From NCBI RefSeq assembly GCF_032062105.1, contig NW_026920581.1:1674001-1738000 (forward strand): a stretch of DNA of 64,000 nucleotides. The letters are read 5' to 3'. The notes below the pieces were generated by a model that saw nothing but the letters and a program-made list of their open reading frames with translations, ran no database searches and was not told the DNA's origin. The stretch's first letter is position 1. Each line of letters begins with the position of its first letter. A program made the position numbers and the translations under genes. Below are positions 29,172 to 44,239 of the stretch, piece after piece. This stretch comes from Saccostrea cucullata (taxonomy: Eukaryota).

Positions 29172-31177
29172 TCAAAATCCATAAACTTCCGAGTACATTT
29201 CCATTTGTCCATACCACACCACCTGGTGAGGACTGTCTTTTTTGCTGATCTGACAATGCAGGGTCAGAGGGGCCTCCCCCTCCCACGTCTCAGAGACCAA
29301 ACTGTCCCCCCAACAGCTGGGGGAGACGTACAGCATTGTGACCTTCTTTATGTGAAAATCATGAAAACTAGTCCTGATTTTCCTGTAGAAACCTCGTTGA
29401 GAAGCAATGCTGGAATTTTCCACAAAGTATCTGAGGTAGGAAGCACATCTTGTGTGATCAGAAAAGTCTGTGTCGTGACTAGGCACAGCAAACTCATGAC
29501 GGAAAGTGCTCAATGGCTTCAACGCTGGCTCCACATTCATCAGAGAAGTCTGTTTGTTTTCCTCTAACATGGATTCAAACTCATTTTTCCACCAGTCAGG
29601 CAAAGCTACTTTCTTCCTCTCTCCTATATTCACCAATGTGTGGAGGTTCTTGATTCGGATAGAGGGCTTCAGATCCCCTCCGCAAGCCACTTCACTGACC
29701 GTGGAAAAGGAAGAATCTCCGACTCCTGCCAGTTTAATGGAAACATCCAGTGGAGTTTTGGGAGTTGTAGTCTCATAAAAGGTGCTTTTGGCTTCATATT
29801 TGCAAGCTTTGACAAAGGAGATATGGCTTGATTTATACAGTTGGTCATACTTTAGAAATGATTCCTCATTGAAGAAGGCAGCATTTTCAATTCTGTTGAC
29901 CATGTCAAATATTCTCCAAGTATCAGGCTGACCTGAAGAAAAGAAAAGATAGCAGCTATGTTTATTCTGTGTCACAAATTCATTATTTGCATGCTTATTT
30001 TCTATATGTTCAGTATGGCTTGAATTCCTTTCCTTTACTCTGAAGTCTTTTCAAGAACTCAACTAGGATGCCTGTAAAAGTTAAATCATGCAAAATCAAG
30101 AAAAAGATATCTGCATATTGTGAATTACAGTTGAACTCTGTTATCTGGAACCTCAATATTCTGAATACCCTTGATATGTCAAAGTGAGTTAAAAGTCCCA
30201 ACTATGTTTATATGTTGTTAACCTCAATGAAGCTTATTTTTTCAGGGAGAGAATTAACTTTCTTTCAAGACTATATTCTTCCTCTAAACATCTATAATAT
30301 TAAATTTTCATTTGTGATGTAACATCAGACTAACTTCTAACATTGAAATAACATACCTGTGAAATCGATATCATCGTACCGCAAGCCTGGCATAACAACA
30401 TCCACTTCGTTTCTCCCGGCGTTTACATTTATCTTCAGCTTCAGAGATGGATAAGCCCTGAAATAAAACAAATGGTTGTTGATTATCATTTACACATTCA
30501 CCTGTAGGTCTTCAATGAAGTCCTAGGTACTCTAGTTTGTTGCATTAAATTTGTCTCCTTTCGCGTAACATATATTTTAATCAGTTTATTCTTTACTAAG
30601 TTCAGATTCAATTAAAACTAATAACTTTCAAAATTAAACTTGATTTAAAATACTAGAAAACATGCTTTATTTTATGTTAACAGATTTGTTTATATCAAGT
30701 TCATTAATGAAAGTTTTACATCTTTCAATGGCATCAGAGTGTCAGGGGAAAATCTTCATAATAAAGTCATTCCTTTTAGGCTATAACCATGGCCTTTCGG
30801 GTTTTTTCGGATAATTTCGTAGAAATTGGTGCTTGTTTCCAATTACAACGCATTTGATGTTCTGTCCACATAAATCTTTCAACTTCCCCGTTTGCCCTGC
30901 CAACAAAATACCAAGACTGGGATGACACTTGATATTTGTTACACACGCTCAACTAAATTTCGAACAGACTTCGTCTTTGAGAGAAAGAAAAACCACTGTC
31001 AATTTCAACGGATCACTGAAGGAAATTCGGACCAAAATTATGTTTTACTCATAATCGAAGATAAAAGCATATCTTTGAGCAGTCATTAAAATTATTACTA
31101 TATCGTTCTGAACCATTAGCAAAATACTTAATCCTTTACCTCAGAAAGCGTTTGATTGATTTGTGAAACAACTTCAT
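29172..31177 (-). CDS. Double hot-dog-fold thioesterase-like protein, ~299 aa
   Basis: Exons 31177-31140, 30457-30357 and 29932-29172 are phase-consistent (900 nt). Two thioesterase-like motifs: PGLRYDDIDFTGQPDTWRIF and VPSHDTDFSDHTRCASYLRYF. N-terminus MKLFHKSIKRFLRAYPSLKL is basic and lacks acidic residues. Confidence 0.75.
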
Positions 31178-32079
31178 GTTTTCTGCGTTTCTCACAGCAT
31201 CATGCTGTCCTCCACATATTGAAAGGCGCCAAAATTTGAATTAGAAAAACGCGCATTCAAATACTGACGTTTTGCTAGAAACGTTTTAGGTCAAAACTTT
31301 ATTCGAGGAAAAGTATACATTGTTGTCTACAAGTTTTGCTCTAAATTTGTCTGCGACTTTGACATGGTTACTGAACTAGTGATATCTTTCGACATGGAAT
31401 GATGAATTCCAGTTGCTTGAATAAATAAATCTCTTACAAAATAACCCTAAATGATTTAAAGACATGTTCAACTGAATTTAAGAAGTTTAAACAAAGCATC
31501 AAGGTGAAGGGCATTAATATGAATTTAATTCTTTCTTTCCATATTAAAATTGTGTTAGTAGGAGATTTGTTTTTTCTTTTGTAATAGATCTACTCATAAC
31601 ATCTTGTGATTATTGAAAACTATAGTATTTTGCGGATATCAAATGACTACCAGAACCCCATTCAAAGCATAAGAATTGAAAAGTTTCATCTCTTAGAATA
31701 AAAAAAAATGCAAAGTGTCTGCATGTGGAATAAACTACCCTTTTGGCATGTGCCTGGTTTGATTTGCTCATCTTCAGATTCCTTTATAACTCTAGCTTCC
31801 AAATCTTTTAATCTTCAAAGGATCAGATCTTCTGTATTGCACACATGGTATGACAAGTCTGATTGCCTTCTTACATAGCCCCAAAAATAGTTGGAACAAC
31901 ATTTAATTAATATTGAAAAAAACACAGGCACATGCAATCATGACTTTGTTTGCTTTATCAACACCATGAATACACCAGGTAAGGCCTATACACACCCACA
32001 GGTCTATTTGGATTAATCTTTATATGAAATTGTTCAAATCCTTGCAACAGCAACTTATCTGTCAGTAGCCTGCCTTAAA

Positions 32080-32200
32080 TATTGAAAGCACTTGGAGCAT
32101 GCTTTCAAATAAGTTAATATGCAGGTGATAGCAAAATACTGCTGTAGTTGAAATCATTTTGTTTGTCATATAATTTAGTTGTTAGTTGGCCTTTTTGTCT
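32080..32200 (-). mobile_element. Decayed Penelope-like retroelement RT fragment
   Basis: Translates GQLTTKLYDKQNDFNYSS-ILLSPAY, resembling the LTTKLYDKRDDFNF...SPAYGVY motif recalled from Penelope-like RTs. Confidence 0.6.
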
Positions 32201-33178
32201 ATAGTCAGTAAAACATCCAAAAAATATATACGACAAACTCTGTTGAATATATTGTGTCGATGTATGAATGGAACTAACTTTTGTTAATTGATAATTCAAA
32301 ATGACAAGATGGAGGCAATAGCATTTTCTTCTCCTCAGGTAGACGTTTTTGAATTAATTCCGATTCATAGGAAACTACATGTAAAAAATAAAGGAGCACA
32401 ATAAGTGTCCATGGCATTCTCTAACAGTTTGATGAAGAATCTCATCTCCAAAGACTATATCATAAATTAGATGTGGTCAAAGAGGTTTCCAAGAACCATT
32501 TTGATATAAGCACAAATCTATGTCACATGATGGTTGTATTTTATTTGCTGTCCAATGAAAATTTCAAAGATATTAATTAGGTTTACTAACAATCATCTTG
32601 ATATTGTTTATTTATAGAAATCTCAATCTTGACTGTGGCCTAGATCAATCATGCAAAAGAAATTAATACATGTATAATAGTTGAAACAATTCATGAATAC
32701 AATTTGAAGATTTACTGTTCTGTACATAATATCATATTTATATGGTATATGGCAAAACTGAAAATGTCCCCCCCCCCCCCAAAAGACATTTATAAAAAAT
32801 AATAGCAATATACTAGTACATGTGTAAATCAGGTTAACAAATCATTAGAATCAATGATCACATTCTAATATTAGCTGTCATTCTTCTACAATGTACATAT
32901 TAATGATATTCTTTAAGCCTACAATTAATAAAATTAATTAATTAAACTACAAATGATAAAATAAATTAATTCAATAAATCACAGCCATTGTCTTTTAAAA
33001 ACAAAAAAAACAAAATATGGCAGATATAGCTGTTGACTAGCAGCATAACAATCATATATAGTAGCATGCAAAGATACATAAAAAATCAGTCATTTTGTTA
33101 CAGAAGTCACTGAGAGGACTGCACTAGTAAATCTATGTCTTCCAATTTAGTTCCTGAAAGAAACATGCTATTCTGAGA

Positions 33179-36100
33179 TTATGACTTCCTCCCTAACATG
33201 GCAGAAATTCTTCTCCTGGTTGTTTCCAGTGAGTTCCCTTTGAATTTGCCCGCTGGTTTAGCCTGTTCCCCTTGGTAGGACACTGTACTACCACTGCCCA
33301 CTGTTAGTTCCCGGACTGGGCCTTTGGGGGGAGACGGGAAAAGTTTGTTTTCGATTTCCTGAGGGGACTTGCGTTCGACCTCTTTTGGCTGTGAGGGAGC
33401 AGAGGAGGTATTGGAGGAGAGAGAGGCACTGCTTTTGGCTGTTGAGTGGCGAGAGGAGCTGACTGAACTGTAGCCACCTGTAGGAGAGGGACAAAAACAT
33501 ACAGTGGAATAAGTTTATAGATATCATGACTGTATAACATACTTTTCTTATCACGAAATCATATTAAGTTTATCAACTGGTACAAACTGATGAAATTTTC
33601 AATGGATATAATTGTATTAGACATAATGAAGTAATAAATGGTTGTCCCTGAAGTTATATATAGTCATTTGGTTTAATTTGGGCATCTCATATATTTAAGA
33701 AATATTTAAAGATGTCATTTTTAGAGTTTCACTGGGGTAGGAAATGAAGTCGGTCATGTGATCAAACTTTATAATGCCTGAAGGGCGTTATTGATAATTG
33801 AATGCAAAGAATATGCAGAAGTGAATTTACAGTCCCCAAAATATTTTTTAAAGTCTTATGTCCCTTTAATTTCCAGATGTCAAGGTTTTACTGTATGTTA
33901 CTGAGCAAAAAATATTTTAATAGGAAATAAAGATTAAGGACACTGTTAATGTATGTTGAAGTAAACAATAATATATATACATAGTTATTGGAAATCTTTA
34001 CAGTAAGAAATATGAAAATGGTGATGATGATCAAGTGGTCCTAAATAATATGAGATATGACACTAAATACTGAGTCATTTACCTGATGGTTTCTTCAGCT
34101 GTAATAACTCTTCTTTAACTTCACTTAATTTCTCTGTCAATTCAAATCTCTCTTCACATTCTTTCCTTACTGTGTCTTGAAGAAATATAACCTGAAAAAT
34201 TACATGAAGAAGGTAAACTTATTCTCTAATTTGAGTGCATATATAAATTGTGCTTGGACTGCATATAATATATTAACAGTTGATAAGTATGGCATTTCTC
34301 TCAAGAATTATGTGACTTTTATGCAACTTAAGAAAGAAAATATTATCGTAAAAAATAAAGTTACTAGATAGATAGATAGAAGGGTGGAAGGATGAAAGAC
34401 GGACAAGACAAACAATATATGCCTCTTATCAGAGCATGCCTCTTTTGGCAGATCATAAATGAATAAAGTTACTAGTTCATAACATAACAAGTTCAAACCT
34501 CTTGTTTTGCAGCATGAACCTGTTCCTCCTTGTTCAGAAGCTCTTGTTTAGACTGTTCTAGTTCCTCGTGAGTTTCCTTTAGTTGTTCTTTCAGTTTCTG
34601 TATCATGTCCTCATTTCCAGAATCTAGTCGAGCTTTAAACAAAAGATTTATACCATAATTGTTTATATATATGTTAGACAAAAAACATGAAAAATGTTCT
34701 TCACTATCATTTGAAAAAATACATGGATATAGACTTTTTTTTCAATTTTAAAAGTAGTTTTAGTCAAAGTTTGATCATTCAGGATTTTCTATTGCTGTTT
34801 GAGAGGTACTGGTGATTTGAAATCTTCAGATCTGATTTAAACAAGCACAACCTAAACCTTGCTCTTTCAAAATGAAGCAAATAAAGCAATCTTCAACAAA
34901 TATAAAGTTTGTTTGCTCTTTCTTGACTCAGGGTTAAAAGAAATAGGGTCGGTAGGTAAAAGAGAAAATTCTTTCCACTTGTATGTCAACAGGATGAGAA
35001 AATACAGGGGAAAAAATATTGTTTCTTTGACTTATAAAAGTTTTGAGTTGTGCCATACAGGCATACTTAGCAATTAGTCTGTCAGGTGAGGGCAAACAAA
35101 CACTTTTTTTTTTTAAAGATGACCTACTGACGTATAATTGTGAATTTACCAAGTCTGTCTTCCAGATCCTTGATGATTAACTTTAGACTGCCCACTTCCT
35201 TTCTCAGGGAGTCCTCGGTGTCTTTGGCTCGGAGTTTAGAGTCTGTCAGAATCTGCTGAAGCTCCTTGATTTCAGATCGGTATTTATTCTCCAGAGAACT
35301 TATCTGTTTCCTTAGCTGTCAACATTCGAAAAAAAAGGTTAAATGTAAAAAAACAGTTGAACTTTGGTATCTGAATACATGTACTGATATCTTGAATACC
35401 AAGGAGATATTGAAGTGATTTGAAAGACCAAACCACTTTTACACTCACTATCTTAAATCCTGTTTTTGTCAATGTACATGAAGCACTGACTTCAGGATAA
35501 TGAGGTTTGACTATACTTTTTTCTTATGCATTGAAGACTGACAATTTTTCCATGGAAAAAAATCCCCAATAAATAACTGTGTAGCTAAATTCCTTAAAAT
35601 ATACGTATCACCACTGAGACAATATTTTAACATCTTTACCATTGACTCATGATCCTTATTGGAACTCTGATACTTCTCTAACAGTTCTTGGTATTTCTGC
35701 TTTTCTATTTTCATTTCCTAGAGTAAAATAAAGCATAAGTCAAGTGAAAATATTATTTATCAAAAATTTTTGACCACACAATATTAAGCATTCTACACCA
35801 AGTTTATGATAGCATTTGAAGATTGTTTTATTTGAGATCTTATCTATACAATGTTGTACTATGGTTACATGTACTTAGAATAAGAAGAAATTTGTTACCA
35901 TGACAAAATTCTCTTTTAAGCGATCTTCCATCTGCTTCAGGGCCTTGTTATGTTTAGCCTTCTCTTTCTGGATAGCTTCTTGTAACTAAAAACCAAAGCA
36001 AGCACAGGTTATTCATAGACAAATCAATTAAGATACTTGTAAAACAAGACATTTTCATTGCTTCAGAATAAAATATTGCATTTGAATAATATGACATTAG

Positions 36101-39100
36101 AAGATTTTTTTCATTCAATTTTTTTAAAGAATTTAATTCAATTTTAGCATGAAACTCTTAAACAAGAAGGGCTCAGACCAAAAACTCTAATGGTAGTAGG
36201 ATTGAAAGTAAACTGGTATACATGTAGTACCTTTTCAGGCCAACCCTCTGACTCAGCAATCTTTTGTCGAAAACTTTCCCTCAGCTGTTCTATTCTGTTC
36301 TGATGTGAGGTAATCATTACCTCCCTAAACACAATTTCAAAGAGAAAATGGGCAAAATGTATATAAATCCTTTAAAGATTATATGCAATCATGTTTAAAT
36401 ATGTTTCAATTTATTTTAATAAATTTATACAATTTAAAAAAATTAATTAGTTGTACATGTACCTCTCAGATTTCAGTTGTTCTATTTCTTCTTTTGCTTT
36501 CTCAAGATCTTGTTTGATTTCTCTACTTGCAGCTTGAATTGTAAAAAAAAAATTTGTCAAACCAAAAAATGAATACTGGTAGTACATGAGAAATGCTTGA
36601 AATGCTTTATGGTATTCTAAGCTGTCGGAAGCAATGTAGAATAACAGTATAACATACATGTACAATGAATACTTTCCATCCTTTGAATTTTTCTGCAATT
36701 TCAAATATATATCATTTGATGTCTTTTATATAATGCCATATTGAAACATTACTGAATATTTACATTTCCAAATAATTTTCCTTTAGATTCTTTGCAGATA
36801 GGAAGACTGTTCATTTTCTCATGAACTACCATAAGTGGTCACAGAGCATGAATCTCCATTGTTACGTCATAATACTGCACTTGACGTCAAAACTATAGTG
36901 CAAACTGTTGTTTTAAAAATGACTGTTGAATGGCATAAATTTTGTGGCAAATCATCAGAAAAATAATGTAAATATAAGAAATGAATTTAATTTTTGAAGA
37001 TTCATGAGGTATATGAAAACGCTTCGAGCCGGCATATTTATCATGAAGTACTAACGCGCTTCATGAAATATGTCGTCATGAAGCATCATAGTTCATAACC
37101 TCATGAACCTTCAAAAATTAAATTCATTTCTTAAATACACCAATGGTAGATGACAGGATACATCAGTGGTTAATTACTGATTACCCTAGTGATACATTAC
37201 TGAATACATCAGAGGTGGATTACTTTCACTTACTGACTGTCAGTGTTGCCTTTCGGTGAAATTCTTCCTCCTTTGCTTGCTGTTCGTGAATTTTATTTTC
37301 CATAGTTTTGAGTTCCTTTAATCTTGATTGTAATTCAGCTTCCTTTTGTCTCAGGTCATTTTGTAGTCTGTCAAAGTAATGAGACAAATGATAAAATGAC
37401 ACTATCACTGAAAACACATGTATGTGGTTATTGTCACCCCTATATTATTTTCACTCTTTCAAACTTACTTTTAATATGCCTTGTTTTAAATTTGCCCATA
37501 TAGGCCATTTGCCATTGGGCAAAAATAAAAAGGGGGAGGGAAGGGCTAAATTTCCCTGTATAAAGTAATGAGGATGTTGAAAATCATTTAATATCTATTA
37601 AATTACAATGTTCATCATTTGTTTTGTAACATCATTTTTCTTTTGTAAAATTATCAAAGAAATACACGCATCTGACCTTTTAGTGGTCAATTCATTGTTT
37701 TGATCTCGCTGTCGAAACTGAGATGTCAAGTCTTCAACTTCCTTTGTTTTATTCCTACAAGAAAGAAGTATTGAGGTTTCAAAACCAAAATAAAGAAAAG
37801 TATCTAATAAAACAGTGTGGTATAATCCAAAAATACTGTGTACCTCAGTTGTTCTTTAAACTGTTGGGTCTCCATTTGAAGGCTTCTGTTTTTAGACAAA
37901 TTCTCATCTAGTTCTGTCTGCATTGCTACAGAAGAATAGAAGGGCATATACATGTAATCACAGGTTTTAGAAATAATGTTCAATACTAAAAAATAACAAT
38001 AAAAAGTAGATTTTCAATTCAATTCATTTAATATTGTATTCTATAGTAATAACTTCGCTAAGCTTAAAAAAGATAGCAATAAATCAAAAAGTCCTAGGAC
38101 TACATATCATCTTCACCTAATTATTAAAAAAAAGTTCAGAGGTGAGTTGATAGTGCAAATGTAATTTAATTAAGCATAAAAAAAGAATTTGAAAAGGCTA
38201 TGAAAACAGATGGCTTGAAAAACATTAAAACTGAGACAATTTTAAATTCTATGGAATACAGAGTATTGTAACAGTAAAATAAGGTTATAGAATAAGGTTA
38301 TAGCAAATATGCTTATACATGTAATGAATTCACAATCACAGTGAAGTCACAGCAAAGGAATTTTTATGCCCCATGGTCTTCAAATGTATATGTAATATAT
38401 AGAGTACCTTTTAAGGTACATTGATACTCTGATAAGAGAGATAACTCTTAATGACACAAAATTTGTCAAGTTGAAGTGCCTTTTTTGTCAAATTTTGCCC
38501 CATAAGCCATGATAAAATTGTTTGTATTTCATTTAGCATATACTTTTCTTTTGGAAAATCATAAAGGTTAAAGAAACATTTTATATGAGTAAGCAGAGGG
38601 TTTATGAACCTTAACGAGTGTATCTTCAGATATCAGACGAGAGGGCTTGTCCCCCGAGTCTGATATCTGAAGGTGCACAAGTTAAAAAGTACGTGTTTTG
38701 TTTGTATCATTGTTCCCAGGAACTGAGTTACCCATGCTCTATCACTTTTACGTTAATAGCACGTAGTTCGACTGTATTCTCATGCACTGAGTTAGCCATG
38801 ATCTATCAAAATTTCATTATACAATATTATCTGACCAATGAATAAAGTGCCACGCCACAGCATGATACGCCCGTCAAAAAATTACAATTAACTTAAAACA
38901 GTTTAGAGTGCAAGAAAATCATGTAAACCTTGATTCTAAAATTTCCATGATTTTTTCTATTCCTTAAAATATTTGTTTATCCATCCTCTGTGGTGTAGGC
39001 ATTAATCATAACAAATAATATCATTGATAGATTTCTATACTAGTTGTATTAGACCTTGTCAATTGCCCATCATATTAAACAATAACAAATTAGTCTTAAC

Positions 39101-42100
39101 AACTTAATATATATATACCAAATTAATTTTGAAAATTAAAGGCTGGCCATCAAATGACATATGCTATTTAAACTGACCAGCAGTTCTTCTGTCTAATTCC
39201 CAAAGGATACAGATAAAAAGATGCTAGCTAGCCTTCCTAAATTGAACTCATTAATTAATCTTTGACTGGATGCTTGTCTACTCATTACTATAGATGAAAA
39301 TCTGCACTATCTACCATAAAATATTTTTAAATCATATAATTTAAAATACTCAATGATTTTTTTTTTTTTAACATCTAATAATGTCAGAAAGGTTTTCTAT
39401 GGAAAATGGACATGCTGATGCCACCCCTATGAAATTAGTTTTTTAAAATTAATAATATGATATATTATTAGATTAGTTTATTATGCAATATCAAATTAGT
39501 ATTAATTACTTTTCATCAAATTCATTTGAAAACTTAGGCTAGCCAACAAGAGCTATTTTTAATCCACCAGGCTTACCCATCTGCCCAATTCCCAGAGGGA
39601 TATAGATAACACCGATGCTCTCCAGTTAGCTCCTCACAATAAACTCATTAATTTCTCTCTAATTTGACATGCAATTTTCTGTTATCAAAACTCTTGACCA
39701 GTGCTTGATAATTGCACTCATGGGAGACATGGGATTTCTCTAACATACATTATATTTGTTATAGATTGCTGCCAAGTATATGCTGAAGAAAATAAGTATT
39801 TTCTTGATTTAACACTTTTTTAATAAGGATACAACTAAATTTTTACATTTTTTAGGATTAGGAAATTCAAAATTTAAAAGACTTAGTTTTTTAAAAATTT
39901 CACTTAAATTAAAGGTCACAGTGACCTTGAAATAGGTCGCGACACACCTTCTACCCAAGATGTATACATTTGCAAAGTTTGAAAGTTCAAGGTCTAATAG
40001 TTTACTAGTTATGAGCCGGACAGGATATTTCCATATTTGGCCATAGCATCTTAATTAAAGGTCAGAGCGACCTACTTTTTGCGCGCGACACACCGTCTAC
40101 CCAAGAAGTATCAGTTGACAAAGTTTGATAATCCTAGGCTTAATAGTATTAAAGTTATGAGCCGGACACGAATGGACAGACGGACGGACGGACATGAAGC
40201 CTATAACATAATACGTCCCGTCTTAAGACGGGCGTATAAAAAGGAGCACGTGATTCGAAAAGTATAGAGCGCTGCATTTCTTAAACTTTGGATTACTCGC
40301 CATTCAAGTCTGAACACCATGGATGATGGTTGTGATTTTATGCTATTGCAATTCTCGATGCAAATTATGAAGGAAAATTCTTTATGTCACTTAATCTTTA
40401 CACTCGTAAAAATACTAAATGGGCAATTTAAACGTTCAAGGAATACCGCACGGGAAAATGGACACTTTTGACCGAGATGTACGGCGATTCTTCAAATTAC
40501 TGGATGTGTCGATTTGTGTTGGAATTAATAAAACAAGATGGCTCGGAATATTTACCTCATTTCCTGTACATGTAGTTCATTGTGTGTGCTTTGTTATGCT
40601 TCAAGTTTATGCGAGTCAAAAACATTTATTTCTAAACCCACTGTGTGAATTTCATTTTGGATTTAAAAATCGACATGCAAAATTATTTTTTTTATTTTAG
40701 GAAAGGTATTCCTTCACTTTGTTTACATGACTTTGTATTTACTTTTCCCCTAATTATTCGGTGTAAGGTCATGGGTCATTTATTAGAATTGTTTCATCAT
40801 CATCCTGGCGTGCTCTATCTTGATAGATCAGAGTTGTTAGATCACAATTAGCCATGATGTATCAAAAACAAATACACAACAATCATCAAAGGAAAAACAC
40901 TGCAACAATGATACATTGTGAACTTAATGGATATAACAAATTATGTTTATAACGAATCAAGATTGTTCATCCCTCGCACTTTGCTAGACTGTATTTTACT
41001 GCACATGCATTCATGTGCATCTTCAGATAACTTTCTAAAATATGATAGATCCTTCCTTACATTGGGAGTGACCAACAGGCAAAAACATGCATAAATTGTA
41101 ATTAATGTGAAACTCAAAAATAATTTCATGCATAACAATTAAAACTGAATGGAAAACAAAGTAAAACTAGATTGTACCAGTCAGTGAGCATTCCAACTGA
41201 GTGATTTTGTGTTGTAGTTGCATGCTGTCGTTGACAGCTCGTTGTAATTTGACTACCTCCCCTTCCGTTGATTTCAGTTTTTCCTTCAGAGCCACCATCA
41301 ATACAGATGACTCTGATTTTTCTGACTCCAAATTTTCAATTTTCTCAAACAATGCCCTGTTATCTACAAAATAAATGCTAAATATATCAGTTGGTGGATA
41401 GATGAAGTGCATATGTACCATATAAAATGTTATTCAATATTGCTTTTCTAAAACACTCTCCATTCATGTATAGAGGTTTTTGATTAGTATACCTAGTATT
41501 AAACAATTCGTAACATTGTGATTTCATTTAAGAAAAAAACTTATAATACAGTTAACATTTTTATACCAAATTCCTTGCTCATATCAGTGTACTGAAGTAA
41601 TCTTTTTTTTTTACGAGCACAATGTATTACAAACATTTTGCTATCTTCATGTTTTACCAAATTATCTGATCATGTATGTCACTTCACTCTAAGCATTTTT
41701 ATTGTTTAGGAAGGCTAGCATATCAGAATTAAAATTGTAGCTCTAATAGACAATAGAGTTAGGTGTTAGCAACCCTAAATGCATCCCTGATATACAAAAA
41801 CCACACAAATCCTAAATGCTCACCATTGTCATGACTAGAACATCTGTCCCTGACTGTTGACAATAGGAGCGCCATCTCTTGTTTCATCTGTTTGTCCCTC
41901 TCCTCTATAAATGTGTGGATGGTTTTAATCTCCTCTCTTTGTTCTGCTAATTTGGTTCTCACTGTTGGAAGGTTTCTGTCATAAAGTGAGTGTTTTTGTC
42001 TGCAAAGATAACAGAGAGATACACTATATTACATGTATAGGGGGGGGGAAATCACATTTTATCATATAGTATATTTATAATCACAATATTTCTCATCATT

Positions 42101-43358
42101 GGAAACCCACAGTTGGTCTCGCTTCTGTAAGAGAAGCCAGACCGCCCATGGGTTTCTGACAATGAATATCTCTGTGCATATACAAATTATATGTAGAACT
42201 GAAAAAATTCTAGGATACTTCACCAATAGAGTGTGAGGGCTACTTTCTGGGTCTCATTCAGGGATGGCTCAGACTTTTTTTCATTGCTTTTTCAGATATA
42301 GGATTATAATTATTTCTTATGACATATTTTCACTTTATTATAATGTTTATAAAGTGAAACCCTTTTTAAATAGCAATAAACTAAATTACCTGTATTCTTC
42401 TTTAAGCTTAACTGCAGCTTCAAATTTGACCTTCAGTTGTCTATTTTCTACTTTTAGTTCCTCTTCATTTTTTATGTTGTTTTTTAATGTTGATATGCTG
42501 TAAAATAAAATTAAGTTGTCACAGTGTGTGTGTGTGTTTTAAATACCAGATCAATCCTTTTTTCTAGAGGGCTAGGATGATAAACCTGAATATTTCTATA
42601 CCGTCACATCTTTATGTATCAATTCAAGTCATTTTCAACAGAACTGGTATTTTGATAAATGGTCCCAGCCCTTAGAATTCTTCCTTTGCCTTAATAACCA
42701 AATCAATGCAACAATAAGCTAAATACCTTTCTTAAATCCTTGCAATGTAAATATTGTTTAAAACATGTAGATAATTGATACTGATACTTTGGTACAGCAT
42801 ATCTGTAATAACTAATCTGAGATTCCTCTGACTTTAACCCCCACTTTTCTATTGTGATATATGTGTGGGGGAGTTGGGAGTTAGAGAAATCTTAGATTAA
42901 TTAAAAACATGAATATATTCAAATAATTAACTAATCACATATGTTGAGTAACAAAATGTTAAATGTTTAAATTTTTTTTTTTCCAATGAAAAAATTTATA
43001 TAGTTGATAAATTACCACAGAATTTGTTTCGCTTCAAGTTCCTACATAGGCGTCGGAAGGAAATTGAAAGTTGGGGGGGGGGGGGGGGCTTAACCAACTA
43101 AAAAGGTATTCTCCAGTTTTCAATGCCTCCCTCTAATATATATCTTTCAATTTTTCTAATTCAGCTTCCGTCTTTTTCAGCTTCTCTTCCACACCTATGT
43201 CATATTTTTTTGAATCACTGAATAATTTAACTACAGTATTTACACACAGTCATCGTTCGCTTTGAGATCTTTTGGATCTCGTCAGTTAAATAGTTTTTAG
43301 GTGTGTATTTTTCAAATTCTTCGTGCTCAACTCCATTTTCCATGCTGCTTCCTTTCAT
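33179..43358 (-). CDS. LEKR1: Leucine-, glutamate- and lysine-rich protein 1 (coiled-coil); first coding exon corrupted and duplicated here
   Basis: Phase-consistent exons 42497-42390, 41999-41824, 41363-41178, 37925-37844, 37754-37677, 37367-37234, 36532-36463, 36324-36231, 35985-35899, 35717-35640, 35315-35150, 34632-34499, 34191-34083 and 33477-33179. Motifs EIQKM..ETVCKYC, HQNRIEQLRESF, LQDTVRKECEERFELTE and terminal RRRISAMLGRKS*. Confidence 0.85.
36975..37133. repeat. ~160-bp palindromic element
   Basis: TAAGAAATGAATTTAATTTTTGAAG(A)TTCATGAGGT / ACCTCATGAA(C)CTTCAAAAATTAAATTCATTTCTTA. Confidence 0.85.
38611..38685. repeat. Hairpin core of a palindromic dispersed element
   Basis: CTTCAGATATCAGAC / GTCTGATATCTGAAG, with imperfect extension to TTAAC / GTTAA. 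Confidence 0.75.
39850..40241 (-). mobile_element. Helitron/HINE-like element end with ~147-bp units
   Basis: AATTAAAGGTCA..G.GACC repeats at ~39907 and ~40053, then (GGAC)n and the terminal ATACG-CCCGTC-TTAA-GACGGG-CGTATAAAAA hairpin. Confidence 0.75.
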
Positions 43359-44239
43359 ATCGACAAGTCTGGTCTGTTTAACATAAAGAAATACTGTGTT
43401 ATTTGGACCCAAACAACTGTGAAGGGAAAAAAAAAAACAAGACACCTGTTTTGGAATCTAAATTTGACAGTCTCTGTTTATCCTGATATTAATGACATTA
43501 CAATACAAGCGTATCTGTATTATTTTCAACATTGGTTTTTACATGTAACACATCAATTTTGAAGATATGTTGAATCTAGATAAAGAAGGACTGAAAAAAC
43601 TTTAAGATATAAAAATTAGAAAATAATGCACATGTTGAAACTAATGAAAACAATTTCATCTTGCATATTTGCAATGCAAACAAGTTGCATCATTAGGAAT
43701 ATTCGGAATCAGAAGTCGGTCCAAATATAAATTTTATATTAAAATGTTAAGTATATGAATTTTATTCAACAGCTTAAAAAAAAAAGTCCATAAAATTTAC
43801 ACATTTATAATTATATACATGTACCTTGATTAAAAAAAACATTTTGATAGTGTTGTTTCGTTTCGTTTCGTTTCGGCAGGTTTCATTTTGATTTCGTTTA
43901 AAACCAATAAATCTTGAGAAAATTTGAAACGGTAGGAACTTCGAATATAATTTTTCGTACTGCCATGATTCGTTTCGTTTCAGTTCGTTTCGTCTCTTTC
44001 GTTTTATTTTGTTATCTTTAAGTAAAAGAGATACTTTGAAAATTTGTAAGGAAGTTACGTAGAGACTTCACTTGATCGTTAAAACAAATATTTTTTTTAA
44101 TATATGTGTGATTTAAGTTGTGAGTCAAAGATTAAAAAAACATGAATATATTCAAATAATTAACTAATCACATATGTTGAGTCCACATATGTTAACTGAA
44201 ATTTTTTTTCTTTCCAATGAAAAACATTTTGGTTTAAAG

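Noticed and set aside
29205-29831. Plus-strand ORFs of 120, 90 and 63 aa
   Set aside because: Antisense shadows of the thioesterase-like exon with no recognisable motifs.
33288-33554. Listed 88-aa and 78-aa ORFs as the LEKR1 C-terminus
   Set aside because: Wrong frames. Exon phase selects the third frame, ending RRRISAMLGRKS* at 33179.
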